Shown here: piece after piece, positions 19,824-28,467 of the stretch
Layout of the letters: every line of letters starts with the position of its first letter
Numbering within the stretch: the stretch's first letter is position 1
Assembly (NCBI GenBank): GCA_024643795.1
Contig: JAHEMF010000110.1
Location: 22,137-86,136 of the forward strand
DNA from: Bacteroidota bacterium
GTDB taxonomy: Bacteria > Bacteroidota > Bacteroidia > AKYH767-A > OLB10
DNA length: 64,000 nt
Reading direction: 5' to 3'
Program-made: the position numbers and the translations under genes
Notes under the pieces: model-generated
What the model saw: only the letters and a program-made list of their open reading frames with translations
What the model was told of the DNA's origin: nothing
Databases searched by the model: none

Positions 19824-20158
19824 TTTTTGGTGTACACCCACCGTGGGGAATTAGATGGGATTGACAGATAACTGTAAGATTATACCGGATTAGCAAACAT
19901 GCAAAAAACCTGTTGGTCATATATAATTGGTATTCAAATACTTACCAACTTATATATAAACAGGGAACCTGCGTAATGGGTAAAGCAAGGTGTAAGAAAA
20001 GACCTCACATTTTACATCTTACAATTTCACGGCTTCTGCTGGTCTAAAAAACACCAATTGCTTACAAACTCAGATTTGAAAAATTGCAGGCAAGCTAACC
20101 CCTGATAAGGATTAACGGGTTAAGAAAACAGTACGGTAATTGAATGAGATCAGGAACT

Positions 20159-21073
20159 TTAATGCTTCTTTCTGGGATCTGAGAGTGTGAAAACTCTGCT
20201 AATATTAAAGCCAAAATGGATATCTCCTTTACCCCATTCACCGGTTGTTTCGGTGATAAATGCTCGTTCATTCATTGGGGTGGCATTAGTAAAATGAAGT
20301 TGGAAAACGTGACCGCCTGTCTCTATATCGAATCCAATAGCTAATGGATTTTGAATTTCGTCAGGCAACTGATCCGGCAATGTATAAAAGTAATCAACGG
20401 TCAGGGCTATTCTATTGGTAAGCTTTATTCTGCCACCTACCTCAATTGAAATTATATCATGCTTATCATCACTGGTTTCTACCAGATTACGATGTACCAA
20501 TGTGGGTCCGATCTGAGCTGAGAATTTTTCAGAAAACTTTCGTCCAATCAATGCCTGATAATAAAATGCCAAACGACTGGTAAAGTAGTTTGTACGTTCA
20601 GGGTCTTCCCACTTTAAACCGTTGACAGTGATACCGGAAATCAGTATCAACGAGATGGGCATCACCCTGGCACCTTCTGATTGCCATAATGCCCGGTATT
20701 TAATAAAACCATCCACCTCTTTTTCATATGTACTTCTTCCAAGCCCTACCGATAATCGGTTACTTATACCATAATCCAAACTTAAACGAATGGACGCCTG
20801 ATCAAGTCCGAACAATTCATATGAACCTGTATTGAGCATTCCAAACCGATGATTAATACGAAAATCAAGAACTCCACCAGCAACATGCTCAATAGAATGT
20901 GAATTAATCACACGTGTTGATTTAAATGCACTGGTAATGTATTCTATCTCTTCCTGTTCATCTGTATTTATCAGACTCAAAAGATCATCTTCCTGAGCCA
21001 ATGCGTTGGTGTAAAGAGTAAATATAAAACCGCAACCCAATATAAGGCTGCGGATGATAACGGTGCTCTTCAT
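20159..21073 (-). CDS. hypothetical outer-membrane beta-barrel protein
   Basis: 304 aa with a signal peptide, alternating amphipathic beta-strand pattern and a C-terminal aromatic-rich end. It is the last gene of a tightly packed minus-strand operon. Confidence 0.45.
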   Translation of the reverse strand: MKSTVIIRSLILGCGFIFTLYTNALAQEDDLLSLINTDEQEEIEYITSAFKSTRVINSHSIEHVAGGVLDFRINHRFGMLNTGSYELFGLDQASIRLSLDYGISNRLSVGLGRSTYEKEVDGFIKYRALWQSEGARVMPISLILISGITVNGLKWEDPERTNYFTSRLAFYYQALIGRKFSEKFSAQIGPTLVHRNLVETSDDKHDIISIEVGGRIKLTNRIALTVDYFYTLPDQLPDEIQNPLAIGFDIETGGHVFQLHFTNATPMNERAFITETTGEWGKGDIHFGFNISRVFTLSDPRKKH

Positions 21074-21080
21074 AAATATT

Positions 21081-21647
21081 TTATTTTTTGAGTAGTTCGT
21101 AATCTATATCAACTTTAATATTTACAATTTCGGATACTTTATCCTTCACTACTTTTGGAATACCAATTTTGTAATCACTTAAAGATATATTAAATTCTGA
21201 ATTACCATTCACCTTGCCTCCTGATATTTTGATCAATGCTTCTGTTACCAGATCTTTAGTTTCTCCGTGCATGGTCATTGTTCCGGATAATTTCACAGGA
21301 TAATTGCCATCCACACTCCATTTTACGTCTTGCTTGTTATCTATTTCTCCTTTAAAAACTGCCTTTGGGTATTTATCAGACTCTACATAATTCTCATTGA
21401 AATGCTCTTGCATTAAGGCTTTTTCGAATTCAAAAGCTTTCATCAGAATCATTACTTCGATCTTACCAGTCTCTGTATCAATGACACTGGTAGCTTTTTT
21501 ATTTATGCCATCAATCTTCTCCATTGGCGCATCACTAAAAAAAGTTACTTTGCCATCCCTACTAAAGTATTTATCCTGCGCAACAGATACATTGTTACAA
21601 GCTAATAACAGACCGAGTAATAAAAAAACATTCTTTATCATATTCAA
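21081..21647 (-). CDS. YceI-like periplasmic (polyisoprenoid-binding) protein, paralog 1
   Basis: 188 aa with a signal peptide and YceI-family conservation. It shares the block EHFNENYVESDKYPKAVFKG with the paralog at 27138-27692. Confidence 0.7.
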   Translation of the reverse strand: MNMIKNVFLLLGLLLACNNVSVAQDKYFSRDGKVTFFSDAPMEKIDGINKKATSVIDTETGKIEVMILMKAFEFEKALMQEHFNENYVESDKYPKAVFKGEIDNKQDVKWSVDGNYPVKLSGTMTMHGETKDLVTEALIKISGGKVNGNSEFNISLSDYKIGIPKVVKDKVSEIVNIKVDIDYELLKK

Positions 21648-21691
21648 TAAATTTTATAGGTTAACGCAAGATCTACACAATTACCGTTCCA

Positions 21692-22114
21692 CTATTTCTC
21701 AATCACACATCGGTTCAAAACAACATCACTAAGCATTCCGGTACAAATTCCTTTAATCTGAATCTTATCTTGTTCAGAGATCGATCTTACACTGTTACCT
21801 TCACCGGGTTCCATGCTGCAGCTGACACCAAAAATGGGTGAATCCGTTTCGAGTATGATGCTTAATTCGTCGTCGGAATCATTTGATACAGAAGCTACAA
21901 CACCTTCCACCAAAATCACCTTATTAAGGTATTTTTCATTGGCAGCTGTTTCATCATTTTCAAACTCTGCAAAAAGGTCAGAGGCCGTCATGGAGAACGA
22001 CGGCTCCTGACCTGCGGTGCCAGGTACAGGCTTAAAATACATATACAACCCGTAGGCAACCCCCAAGACAAACAAAACAAAAAAAGTGATTAATATCTTT
22101 TTAAACATTTTCAA
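21692..22114 (-). CDS. membrane-anchored small protein, OB-fold-like (DUF)
   Basis: 140 aa with an N-terminal TM anchor followed by a small soluble domain. It starts directly after the upstream cytochrome lipoprotein gene. Confidence 0.4.
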   Translation of the reverse strand: MKMFKKILITFFVLFVLGVAYGLYMYFKPVPGTAGQEPSFSMTASDLFAEFENDETAANEKYLNKVILVEGVVASVSNDSDDELSIILETDSPIFGVSCSMEPGEGNSVRSISEQDKIQIKGICTGMLSDVVLNRCVIEK

Positions 22115-22498
22115 TCAATTATTGGGCGCTCCTGCTGCTACCCATGATTCAATTTTTGCAATTGTACAATCGCTGAGCTTACTGCCTCCCTGAGGCATAG
22201 GTGAAAAATTACTATCGTGCTTTATTGCACCAACCAATTTTCCATTATCAACATATACTTTTATATTGGAATATCCTTCAAGAATAATGTTGCCATTCGC
22301 CGGTCCGGATGTAGTTGAATGACACACATAACAGAAACTCTTCATGGTTGGATCTACAAATCCTGAATAACTTACATCTGCAGTGTTGCATGATGATGAT
22401 GGGTATAACTCTTCTGCAACATCATAATAGCAACCGCTGAAAAATATTATTATAAGGGTAAAAAGTATTGTTAAATGCTTAGGGGGAAATGTTCTCAT
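22115..22498 (-). CDS. lipoprotein with one PSCyt1-like c-type haem-binding module (CxxCH)
   Basis: The start is trimmed to MRTFPPKHLTILFTLIIIFFSGC, a lipobox-type signal. The 5' part of the longer ORF overlaps the upstream gene out of frame. It carries the motif SFCYVCHS…SPMPQGG…CTIAKIESWVAAGAPNN. Confidence 0.6.
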   Translation of the reverse strand: MRTFPPKHLTILFTLIIIFFSGCYYDVAEELYPSSSCNTADVSYSGFVDPTMKSFCYVCHSTTSGPANGNIILEGYSNIKVYVDNGKLVGAIKHDSNFSPMPQGGSKLSDCTIAKIESWVAAGAPNN

Positions 22499-22505
22499 AA
22501 TTGCT

Positions 22506-23321
22506 TCAATTATTTTGGGTTCCTTCAGAAATCCAGTTTCTGATCTTTGCAATATCGCAATCAGGAAGCATATTTGTGTTGTAAGGCATAGCTGTATAAC
22601 CTGTTCCATGGGTAATAGTACCCAGCAAACTACCGTTAGCTGCTGAAGCCTGTACAAGACTATAAGTATGAAGCATTACACCACCGTTTGCTGCGTTTGA
22701 ATTGTGGCAACCTACACAAAAACCCTGTATTATAGGTAGTATTTCTTGTGAGTAACTCACACCTGTGGAGTCACAGATCCCGGCATTAGGGTCGCAAGTC
22801 AGGTTTTGAGCCCCTTGCAGTATCCAATCTTTTATAAGATTTATTTGTTGCTGAGTTAATGGGTTCGCCGGAGGCGGTGGCATACGATCATTAGGGTCTG
22901 AATCTGTAATCACTTCATACAGATCACTACCCCAAGGATCCCCGGGTTTTACATCGGCTGTAGCCATAACAGATGAATAACTATTCAAAACCACACCATC
23001 CTCTGCAGTTGCAGGGTCATGACAACCGGGTATAGCACAGTTAGAAACCAGAAAAGGAAGTATTTGTTGATTAAAGTATACAGAGTCAGGGTCGCACACA
23101 ATACCACCTGTACCACCGCCGCCACCTCCGCCGCCGCCACCTCCGCCACCATTGTTACCACCTGAGCCATTATCCAGGTAGTTGTCAGGAATTACCGGCT
23201 CATGTTTGCAAGAACTCATTGTGAGAAATACAAACAACAAGCCAGCCGCGAGAAGGGTGATAACTAACAGATCAAGCAACTTTGCGCCTGTACTGAAAAT
23301 ATGTGATTGCCTTTTACTCAT
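22506..23321 (-). CDS. lipoprotein with a Gly-rich linker and two PSCyt1-like c-type haem-binding modules
   Basis: Signal/lipobox (…LTMSSC), then a run of about 16 Gly, then two roughly 90-aa modules each with a haem motif (CAIPGCHD; CVGCHN) and MP…I..I..WI..GA.N tails. Confidence 0.6.
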   Translation of the reverse strand: MSKRQSHIFSTGAKLLDLLVITLLAAGLLFVFLTMSSCKHEPVIPDNYLDNGSGGNNGGGGGGGGGGGGGTGGIVCDPDSVYFNQQILPFLVSNCAIPGCHDPATAEDGVVLNSYSSVMATADVKPGDPWGSDLYEVITDSDPNDRMPPPPANPLTQQQINLIKDWILQGAQNLTCDPNAGICDSTGVSYSQEILPIIQGFCVGCHNSNAANGGVMLHTYSLVQASAANGSLLGTITHGTGYTAMPYNTNMLPDCDIAKIRNWISEGTQNN

Positions 23322-23461
23322 TTCTGTTCAAATAAGGTGATATTCTAAATTTGATAGGAGTAAATATATTAGGTGTAATCGCTCTTTAAAAGCATATTAA
23401 CCTGAAACAGGCATCGGAGGGTCTGAAACAGGAACAACGGGTGCTAAAAAAAGCACTCTTT

Positions 23462-24235
23462 TTACAGGCTCTTCCCTTCTAACCAGCTTTTAAAAGCAGG
23501 CGACCTCTCTGAACTTACAATGATATCATCCTTTACTGGTGGTTTCAACTCAAGTTTTACCCTTGATTTCGGATAACTTACCATTCTGAAAATTGACTTT
23601 ATGTTAATGATATACTGGCGGTTAATCCTGAAAAATTGCGTCGGATCCAGCAAGCTGTCCAGCTGATCCAAGTTTTGATCAACAGGATATTCTGTACCTT
23701 CAAAAGTACACAGGTAATTAGTTCGGTCTCTGATATAAAAGAATGCGATTTCAGATACATCAATGGCTTTAAATGTATCTCCAAACCTGATCAATAGACG
23801 CTTTTGATATTCACTTGAAGACCTCAGTATAGAAACCAGTTTTACATAGTCAACATCTTCTCCTTTTACATCTCCTGACCCCGTTTTACTATACTTTAGT
23901 AGTGCCGCTGACAATTCTTCTTTCTTCACAGGCTTCAATAAGTAGTCTACAGAATTCACCTTAAATGCCTTGAGTGCATATTGATCATAGGCTGTGACAA
24001 AAATAACCGGGCATTCAATTTTCACCGAACCGAATATTTCAAAACTGTCACCATCACCCAATTGTATATCCATAAAAACCAGGTCAGGCTTTTCATTTAC
24101 TCCAAACCATTTTATAGCAGACTTAACTGAAACGATCTTAGCTAAACACTGAGCTCCGGGAATAACATCTCCAACCATTTTTTCCAAACGGTCGGCTGCC
24201 GGATCTTCATCTTCAATTATCAGATATTTCATCAC
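23462..24235 (-). CDS. LytTR-family two-component response regulator
   Basis: N-terminal receiver domain (MMKYLIIEDE…DIQLGDG…) with the phospho-acceptor Asp, and a C-terminal LytTR DNA-binding domain. It overlaps the kinase gene by 4 nt. Confidence 0.85.
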   Translation of the reverse strand: MMKYLIIEDEDPAADRLEKMVGDVIPGAQCLAKIVSVKSAIKWFGVNEKPDLVFMDIQLGDGDSFEIFGSVKIECPVIFVTAYDQYALKAFKVNSVDYLLKPVKKEELSAALLKYSKTGSGDVKGEDVDYVKLVSILRSSSEYQKRLLIRFGDTFKAIDVSEIAFFYIRDRTNYLCTFEGTEYPVDQNLDQLDSLLDPTQFFRINRQYIINIKSIFRMVSYPKSRVKLELKPPVKDDIIVSSERSPAFKSWLEGKSL

Positions 24236-27141
24236 TTTATGGGTATCAAAGGTAAAATTACAGTATAGCTGCTATTAGTATTCACAACAGAAACTTCTCT
24301 GCCGGTCATGATCTTTATGCGGCTGGTAATGTTCATTATGCCAGTGCCTGTTGAAGGTTCTTTACTGATCTTTGGATTTACATTGTTAGAAACATAAAGT
24401 AAATCGTTTCTAATAATAATATCAACTGTAAGTGGTGTTTCTTTTGAAACTGCATTATGCTTCAGAGCATTTTCTACCAGCAATTGCAATGATAGAGGTG
24501 GTAACATATTACCGGTCAAGGCGGCGACTGGAATATCTTTATTCATTTTAAAATTATCGCCATACCTTTTCTTCTGTAGAAAAACATAATCATCAAGCAA
24601 TTCAAATTCTTCCTCCAGTGTTATTACATCTTTCTCTCTGTATGTTAAGAGTGTTCTGAAATAATCAGACAGCCTGTTCACATATTCTACTGCCAACTCC
24701 TTATTACTTTCTATAACTGTAATTAAGGTATTAAAACTGTTGAACAAAAAGTGTGGATTCACTTGATTTTTCAGTGTTTCATATTGCGCAATGATACGTT
24801 CGCGTTGCAGATCTTCTCTGGCTTTCATTCGCCTCTCTCGCAATCTCAAATATTGATAAAAACTGGTCACGAGGATTATCATAAATCCTGCAAGAAACCA
24901 TGGTTGCTCCCAAAACGGCCGCTTTATGATAAAACTGTATGAAGTGATCTCCCTTTCTTCAAACACACCGTTGTTTGAACTCCTGACCTGGAACTCATAG
25001 TTACCGGAAGGGAGATTGGGAAAGGTGACCAGCCTGTCTCGGGTTGTGATCCAACCGCTGTCATACCCTATCAACCGGTATTGGAAACTCACAGCCACCG
25101 GATTAATATACCACAAGGCATCAAAGTCGAAAGTCCAGTGTTTGTCAGAACTATTGAATTCATGTTTTCCTCCAGGTACTTCAGAAAGATAAACCAGGGC
25201 ATTGTTCAATACTACTTTTGGAGACTTACTACCCGCCGATTTCTTAAGGCACAATTTTACAATACCAATGCGGCTCCCGATCCATATATTTCCATCCCTG
25301 TCAACTGACACAACATTCAGGTCAGGTTCAATTCCGGCCATACCTATCTCTTCTCCAAATGTATTTACACCTCCGGTTTCAGGGTCAATTACATCTATAC
25401 TATTATTATGAAGTACAACCAGATTACCATTTGGGTCACAGGCAATCCCACTTGCAGTGGGTTCACTTAGGCCATCGATGGTAGAGTAATGCACAAATGA
25501 ATCTGCTTGAAATTTAAAGAGTCCATTATCAGCACTATTAAGCCATATATTCCCTCCCCAGTCTTCAGTAATGCTATAAATGACTGATGATTTGAGCCCG
25601 GAGGTCTGATGAAAATTTGTGAATTTAACACCATCGTACACAGTCACACCTTTTCCATCGGTACCAAACCAAACTTTTCCATTTTTATCAGTGAATACTG
25701 TATAAATGAAATTGGTACCTAAACCATTTTCTTCAGTATAATTTTTAAATGTAGGAACTGCAAAAGGGTCTGAAGAATTTATTTCGCATGAACTCACTCC
25801 ACCTAATGTAGCAAACCATATCCTGTCCTCATTACCCGTTATAGACAAAATATTATTGTTAACAAGGCCATGATTTTCAGTAAATCGTCTCGACAACCCT
25901 GTTACCGGATCATACCGCACTACACCTTCATCAAAAAATCCGATCCACAACATTCCTGATGCATCTTCATACATACAAATAATTTTACTGTTTTTCTTTA
26001 CAGGCAATTTTACCGGACCTGAGATGACCTTACTACCCATCCCCGTGAAAGGTTGAAAGCTGAATAGCCCTTTATCATTACTAAACCACACAACTCCATC
26101 AAATGATGCGAGTATTGAATGTATGTTCCCGCTAAACAATGAATCAGTAAAATTCAAAAATTCAATATTCTCTCCCGGTGTATAAAATACTTCATGACCA
26201 TCGGTGACCCAAACATTATCATACATATCATGTAGCTGAAACTTGAGATCATGTAATTCATTATTATTAGGGTTGATCAACCTCAATCTCTTGTAACCTG
26301 CAAACTCAAAATCAACTATACCTTTGGGTGTGGCCGACCAAATTTCATTGTCCAGCTGAATGATACTATTAACAGGTCCGTAGTCCCATGACTTAAGCTG
26401 TTCAGGAGTTTCAAAAGATCTTTCTTTGGGGTTGAACAAGGTAATTCCATACTCCTGCAATCCCAGCCACAACTTTCCGTTTTTTCTGGGCTTTATCACC
26501 CTAACAATATTATCAGGCAAACCATCACGTGTAGTTACTGATGTACAACTAACCTCACCTTCAAACTTCAGGCACTGTAATCCGCCATCACTTCCTACCC
26601 ATAAACAACCTGATGAATCAAGATAACTGCAATATATGTAGTCGTCAGGAAGAATATTTCCGGTATAATACCTCTTAAATGATTTTCCGTATAAATGATA
26701 TACACCGGCACCGTATGTAGTCACATAAATTCCATTTGAGTTACCTGTGATGCTGCTGACAGCGTATTTACCATCAATCGTATCAGGTTGCAGGATCAAA
26801 TTCCAGTGAGAACCCCTGATCTCCCACACCCGTCCATCTGACAATCCAACCAGAAAAGCATTCTCATCAAGGTTCCACATGGCAGTTATAGCTGCGTTTG
26901 AGATAGAATCACTAAAAGGGTGTTTGGCGAAATCCAACCCGTTATATCTTATCAAACCATTGTCAGAACCTATCCAGATATATCCTTGCATATCCTGATG
27001 CAGGCATTGCACATTTGATTTGCGGCTATACCTTTCAAAGTTCAACGATTTAAAAACCGGCACCTGACCATAAACATCATGAGTGGAAAAAGCCAACCAC
27101 AAAATGCAAATGAACAATCTGCCTTTAACTATACGCATCAA
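24232..27141 (-). CDS. sensor histidine kinase, LytS-type, with periplasmic beta-propeller repeats and a Y_Y_Y domain
   Basis: 969 aa. Signal peptide, many Reg_prop-like repeats (…W.G……Y…), a Y_Y_Y-like segment (…YRLIGYDSGW…), one TM helix, then the LytS-type His_kinase H-box (VNPHFLFNSFNTL) and a HATPase_c C-terminus. Confidence 0.85.
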   Translation of the reverse strand: MMRIVKGRLFICILWLAFSTHDVYGQVPVFKSLNFERYSRKSNVQCLHQDMQGYIWIGSDNGLIRYNGLDFAKHPFSDSISNAAITAMWNLDENAFLVGLSDGRVWEIRGSHWNLILQPDTIDGKYAVSSITGNSNGIYVTTYGAGVYHLYGKSFKRYYTGNILPDDYIYCSYLDSSGCLWVGSDGGLQCLKFEGEVSCTSVTTRDGLPDNIVRVIKPRKNGKLWLGLQEYGITLFNPKERSFETPEQLKSWDYGPVNSIIQLDNEIWSATPKGIVDFEFAGYKRLRLINPNNNELHDLKFQLHDMYDNVWVTDGHEVFYTPGENIEFLNFTDSLFSGNIHSILASFDGVVWFSNDKGLFSFQPFTGMGSKVISGPVKLPVKKNSKIICMYEDASGMLWIGFFDEGVVRYDPVTGLSRRFTENHGLVNNNILSITGNEDRIWFATLGGVSSCEINSSDPFAVPTFKNYTEENGLGTNFIYTVFTDKNGKVWFGTDGKGVTVYDGVKFTNFHQTSGLKSSVIYSITEDWGGNIWLNSADNGLFKFQADSFVHYSTIDGLSEPTASGIACDPNGNLVVLHNNSIDVIDPETGGVNTFGEEIGMAGIEPDLNVVSVDRDGNIWIGSRIGIVKLCLKKSAGSKSPKVVLNNALVYLSEVPGGKHEFNSSDKHWTFDFDALWYINPVAVSFQYRLIGYDSGWITTRDRLVTFPNLPSGNYEFQVRSSNNGVFEEREITSYSFIIKRPFWEQPWFLAGFMIILVTSFYQYLRLRERRMKAREDLQRERIIAQYETLKNQVNPHFLFNSFNTLITVIESNKELAVEYVNRLSDYFRTLLTYREKDVITLEEEFELLDDYVFLQKKRYGDNFKMNKDIPVAALTGNMLPPLSLQLLVENALKHNAVSKETPLTVDIIIRNDLLYVSNNVNPKISKEPSTGTGIMNITSRIKIMTGREVSVVNTNSSYTVILPLIPIK

Positions 27142-27692
27142 TTGAGTTTTAATTGGCTTGTCACTGATATTGCAATTGTGTTTGCGATCTTTTGATTCAC
27201 GATCTTGGGAACTTTTATATCAAAGTCCTCCAGTTCAATTTCAAATGAACACTCAGCACTTATTTTTTCAGCCTTCACTTCCAGTCTGCAGGGAATAATC
27301 ATCTCGTTTCGAACCCCATGCAGCTCCAAAAATCCCTTTGCTCTTACATCATAAACACCATCCTTAAAAAAATCAACAAATTCAATGATCTTGCCTTTGA
27401 ATATGGCATTGGGAAAACGCTCAGATTCTACATAATTTTCATTAAAATGTTCTTTCTGTAGCTGACTGTTAAATCCATCGAAACTGTTTACTGGTATGGT
27501 AAACGCGAAAGTATTGCTACCTGTGTTTATCACCCCTTTCAGCTTCTCGCTTTTTGCAGAAATGATCTCAAGCGGAGCTTCAGAAACAAAACTCACCTCT
27601 CCGGCTGTTATTTTATACAATGCGACATTTTGCGAAATCGCAAGTTTGGTAAAAGTTATACAAAGGGTTAACAGCAACCAAATCTTATTCAT
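27138..27692 (-). CDS. YceI-like periplasmic protein, paralog 2
   Basis: 184 aa with a signal peptide and the YceI block KEHFNENYVESERFPNAIFKG. It overlaps the kinase start by 4 nt. Confidence 0.7.
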   Translation of the reverse strand: MNKIWLLLTLCITFTKLAISQNVALYKITAGEVSFVSEAPLEIISAKSEKLKGVINTGSNTFAFTIPVNSFDGFNSQLQKEHFNENYVESERFPNAIFKGKIIEFVDFFKDGVYDVRAKGFLELHGVRNEMIIPCRLEVKAEKISAECSFEIELEDFDIKVPKIVNQKIANTIAISVTSQLKLN

Positions 27693-27694
27693 GG

Positions 27695-28210
27695 TTACAA
27701 TGTTTTTATACCGTTCAATTTACACAACCATCCCAAATGACCACCATGAGAACCTTCATGCCGGATAGCATGCACCACGACATCGCGTACCGAAGAACTT
27801 CCGAAAAGGTCAAAACCTGTAGTATTGGGGGCCTTCAGCTGCTCATCGGTAAGTGATCGCACATGTGTCAAAGACAACTCATGCACATTTCCAAGTGTTT
27901 GCATAACCTCATCCAATTGTGGTGCGTGTTCTTTGTCATAAGGCTGAGCACCCATGCCAAACTGTCTGGCCCATGGTATCTTCACATGCTCAGCACCGGT
28001 AGACCGCAATAACAGCCAATTCTCAGTAACTGCCAGATGCGCCATGATCCAAAAAGCACTGTTCAGTGCCACATCACCTGCATTAAAAACCCTGTGAAGG
28101 TCAGTATCTTTCAGTTTAGAAAAATAATAGTTGGTCATGCCTCGTGTACTGTCCATCACCGATGCTAAGATCTCGCCTTCCGTCATATTCTTTTTTTGTC
28201 CAAAATACAA
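27695..28210 (-). CDS. DinB/YfiT-family (DinB_2) metal-dependent hydrolase-like protein
   Basis: 171 aa with a His-containing DinB_2-type pattern (…WIMAHLAVTENW…HAIRHEGSHGGHLGWL…). It lies 2 nt upstream of the YceI paralog. The start could alternatively be at 28186. Confidence 0.6.
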   Translation of the reverse strand: MYFGQKKNMTEGEILASVMDSTRGMTNYYFSKLKDTDLHRVFNAGDVALNSAFWIMAHLAVTENWLLLRSTGAEHVKIPWARQFGMGAQPYDKEHAPQLDEVMQTLGNVHELSLTHVRSLTDEQLKAPNTTGFDLFGSSSVRDVVVHAIRHEGSHGGHLGWLCKLNGIKTL

Positions 28211-28227
28211 AATACCCTGATTTAGTG

Positions 28228-28335
28228 TTGTGGGGGCACCTCCCCGCCGGCGTATGCCATGCGGGGCCGGGCTTTCGCCTCAACTCCTCGCACCCAATGG
28301 TGCTGCGGGGTACCGCCTCAATCCCTGGTGCGGTA
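28228..28335 (-). ncRNA. candidate structured GC-rich RNA element / 5' leader of the DinB-YceI-kinase-LytTR operon
   Basis: About 108 nt at roughly 68% GC in an approximately 40% GC genome. The minus-strand RNA has multiple predicted hairpins: GCACC-AUUG-GGUGC, GGC-GAAA-GCC (a GNRA tetraloop), GCGG-UACC-CCGC, and a CCCCGC…GCGGGG stem with a competing CCGGC/GCCGG pairing. No plausible ORF is present. The strand assignment assumes it acts on the downstream minus-strand operon. Confidence 0.35.
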
Positions 28336-28467
28336 ATAATCTTCAACTCACCAGATCATATTATTAAGGGTATACTTCCAGCATAACTCTTCATCAAACT
28401 ATTCCATGTCTCAGAAGAAATCAATTGAATTGCTCAACTAAACATATACAAGTACAATAACAAAAGG

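Noticed and set aside
22498-22657. 5' extension of the 180-aa ORF overlapping the upstream cytochrome lipoprotein gene by 150 nt (a possible frameshift fusion)
   Set aside because: The overlap is in a different frame. A good lipoprotein signal peptide (MRTFPP…FFSGC) begins exactly 7 nt after the upstream stop, so these are two separate genes rather than one frameshifted gene.
23437-23461. Hairpin GTGCT-aaaaaa-AGCAC + TCTTTTT downstream of the cytochrome lipoprotein start / LytTR stop
   Set aside because: On the plus strand there is no upstream plus-strand gene to terminate. On the minus strand the T-run lies in the loop rather than after the stem, so it is not a convincing terminator for the LytTR gene.
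28116-28386. ORFs 28116-28346 (-) and 28144-28386 (+)
   Set aside because: They exist only because the GC-rich island lacks stop codons. The translations are Pro/Arg/Gly-rich nonsense. The region is interpreted as a structured RNA or leader instead.
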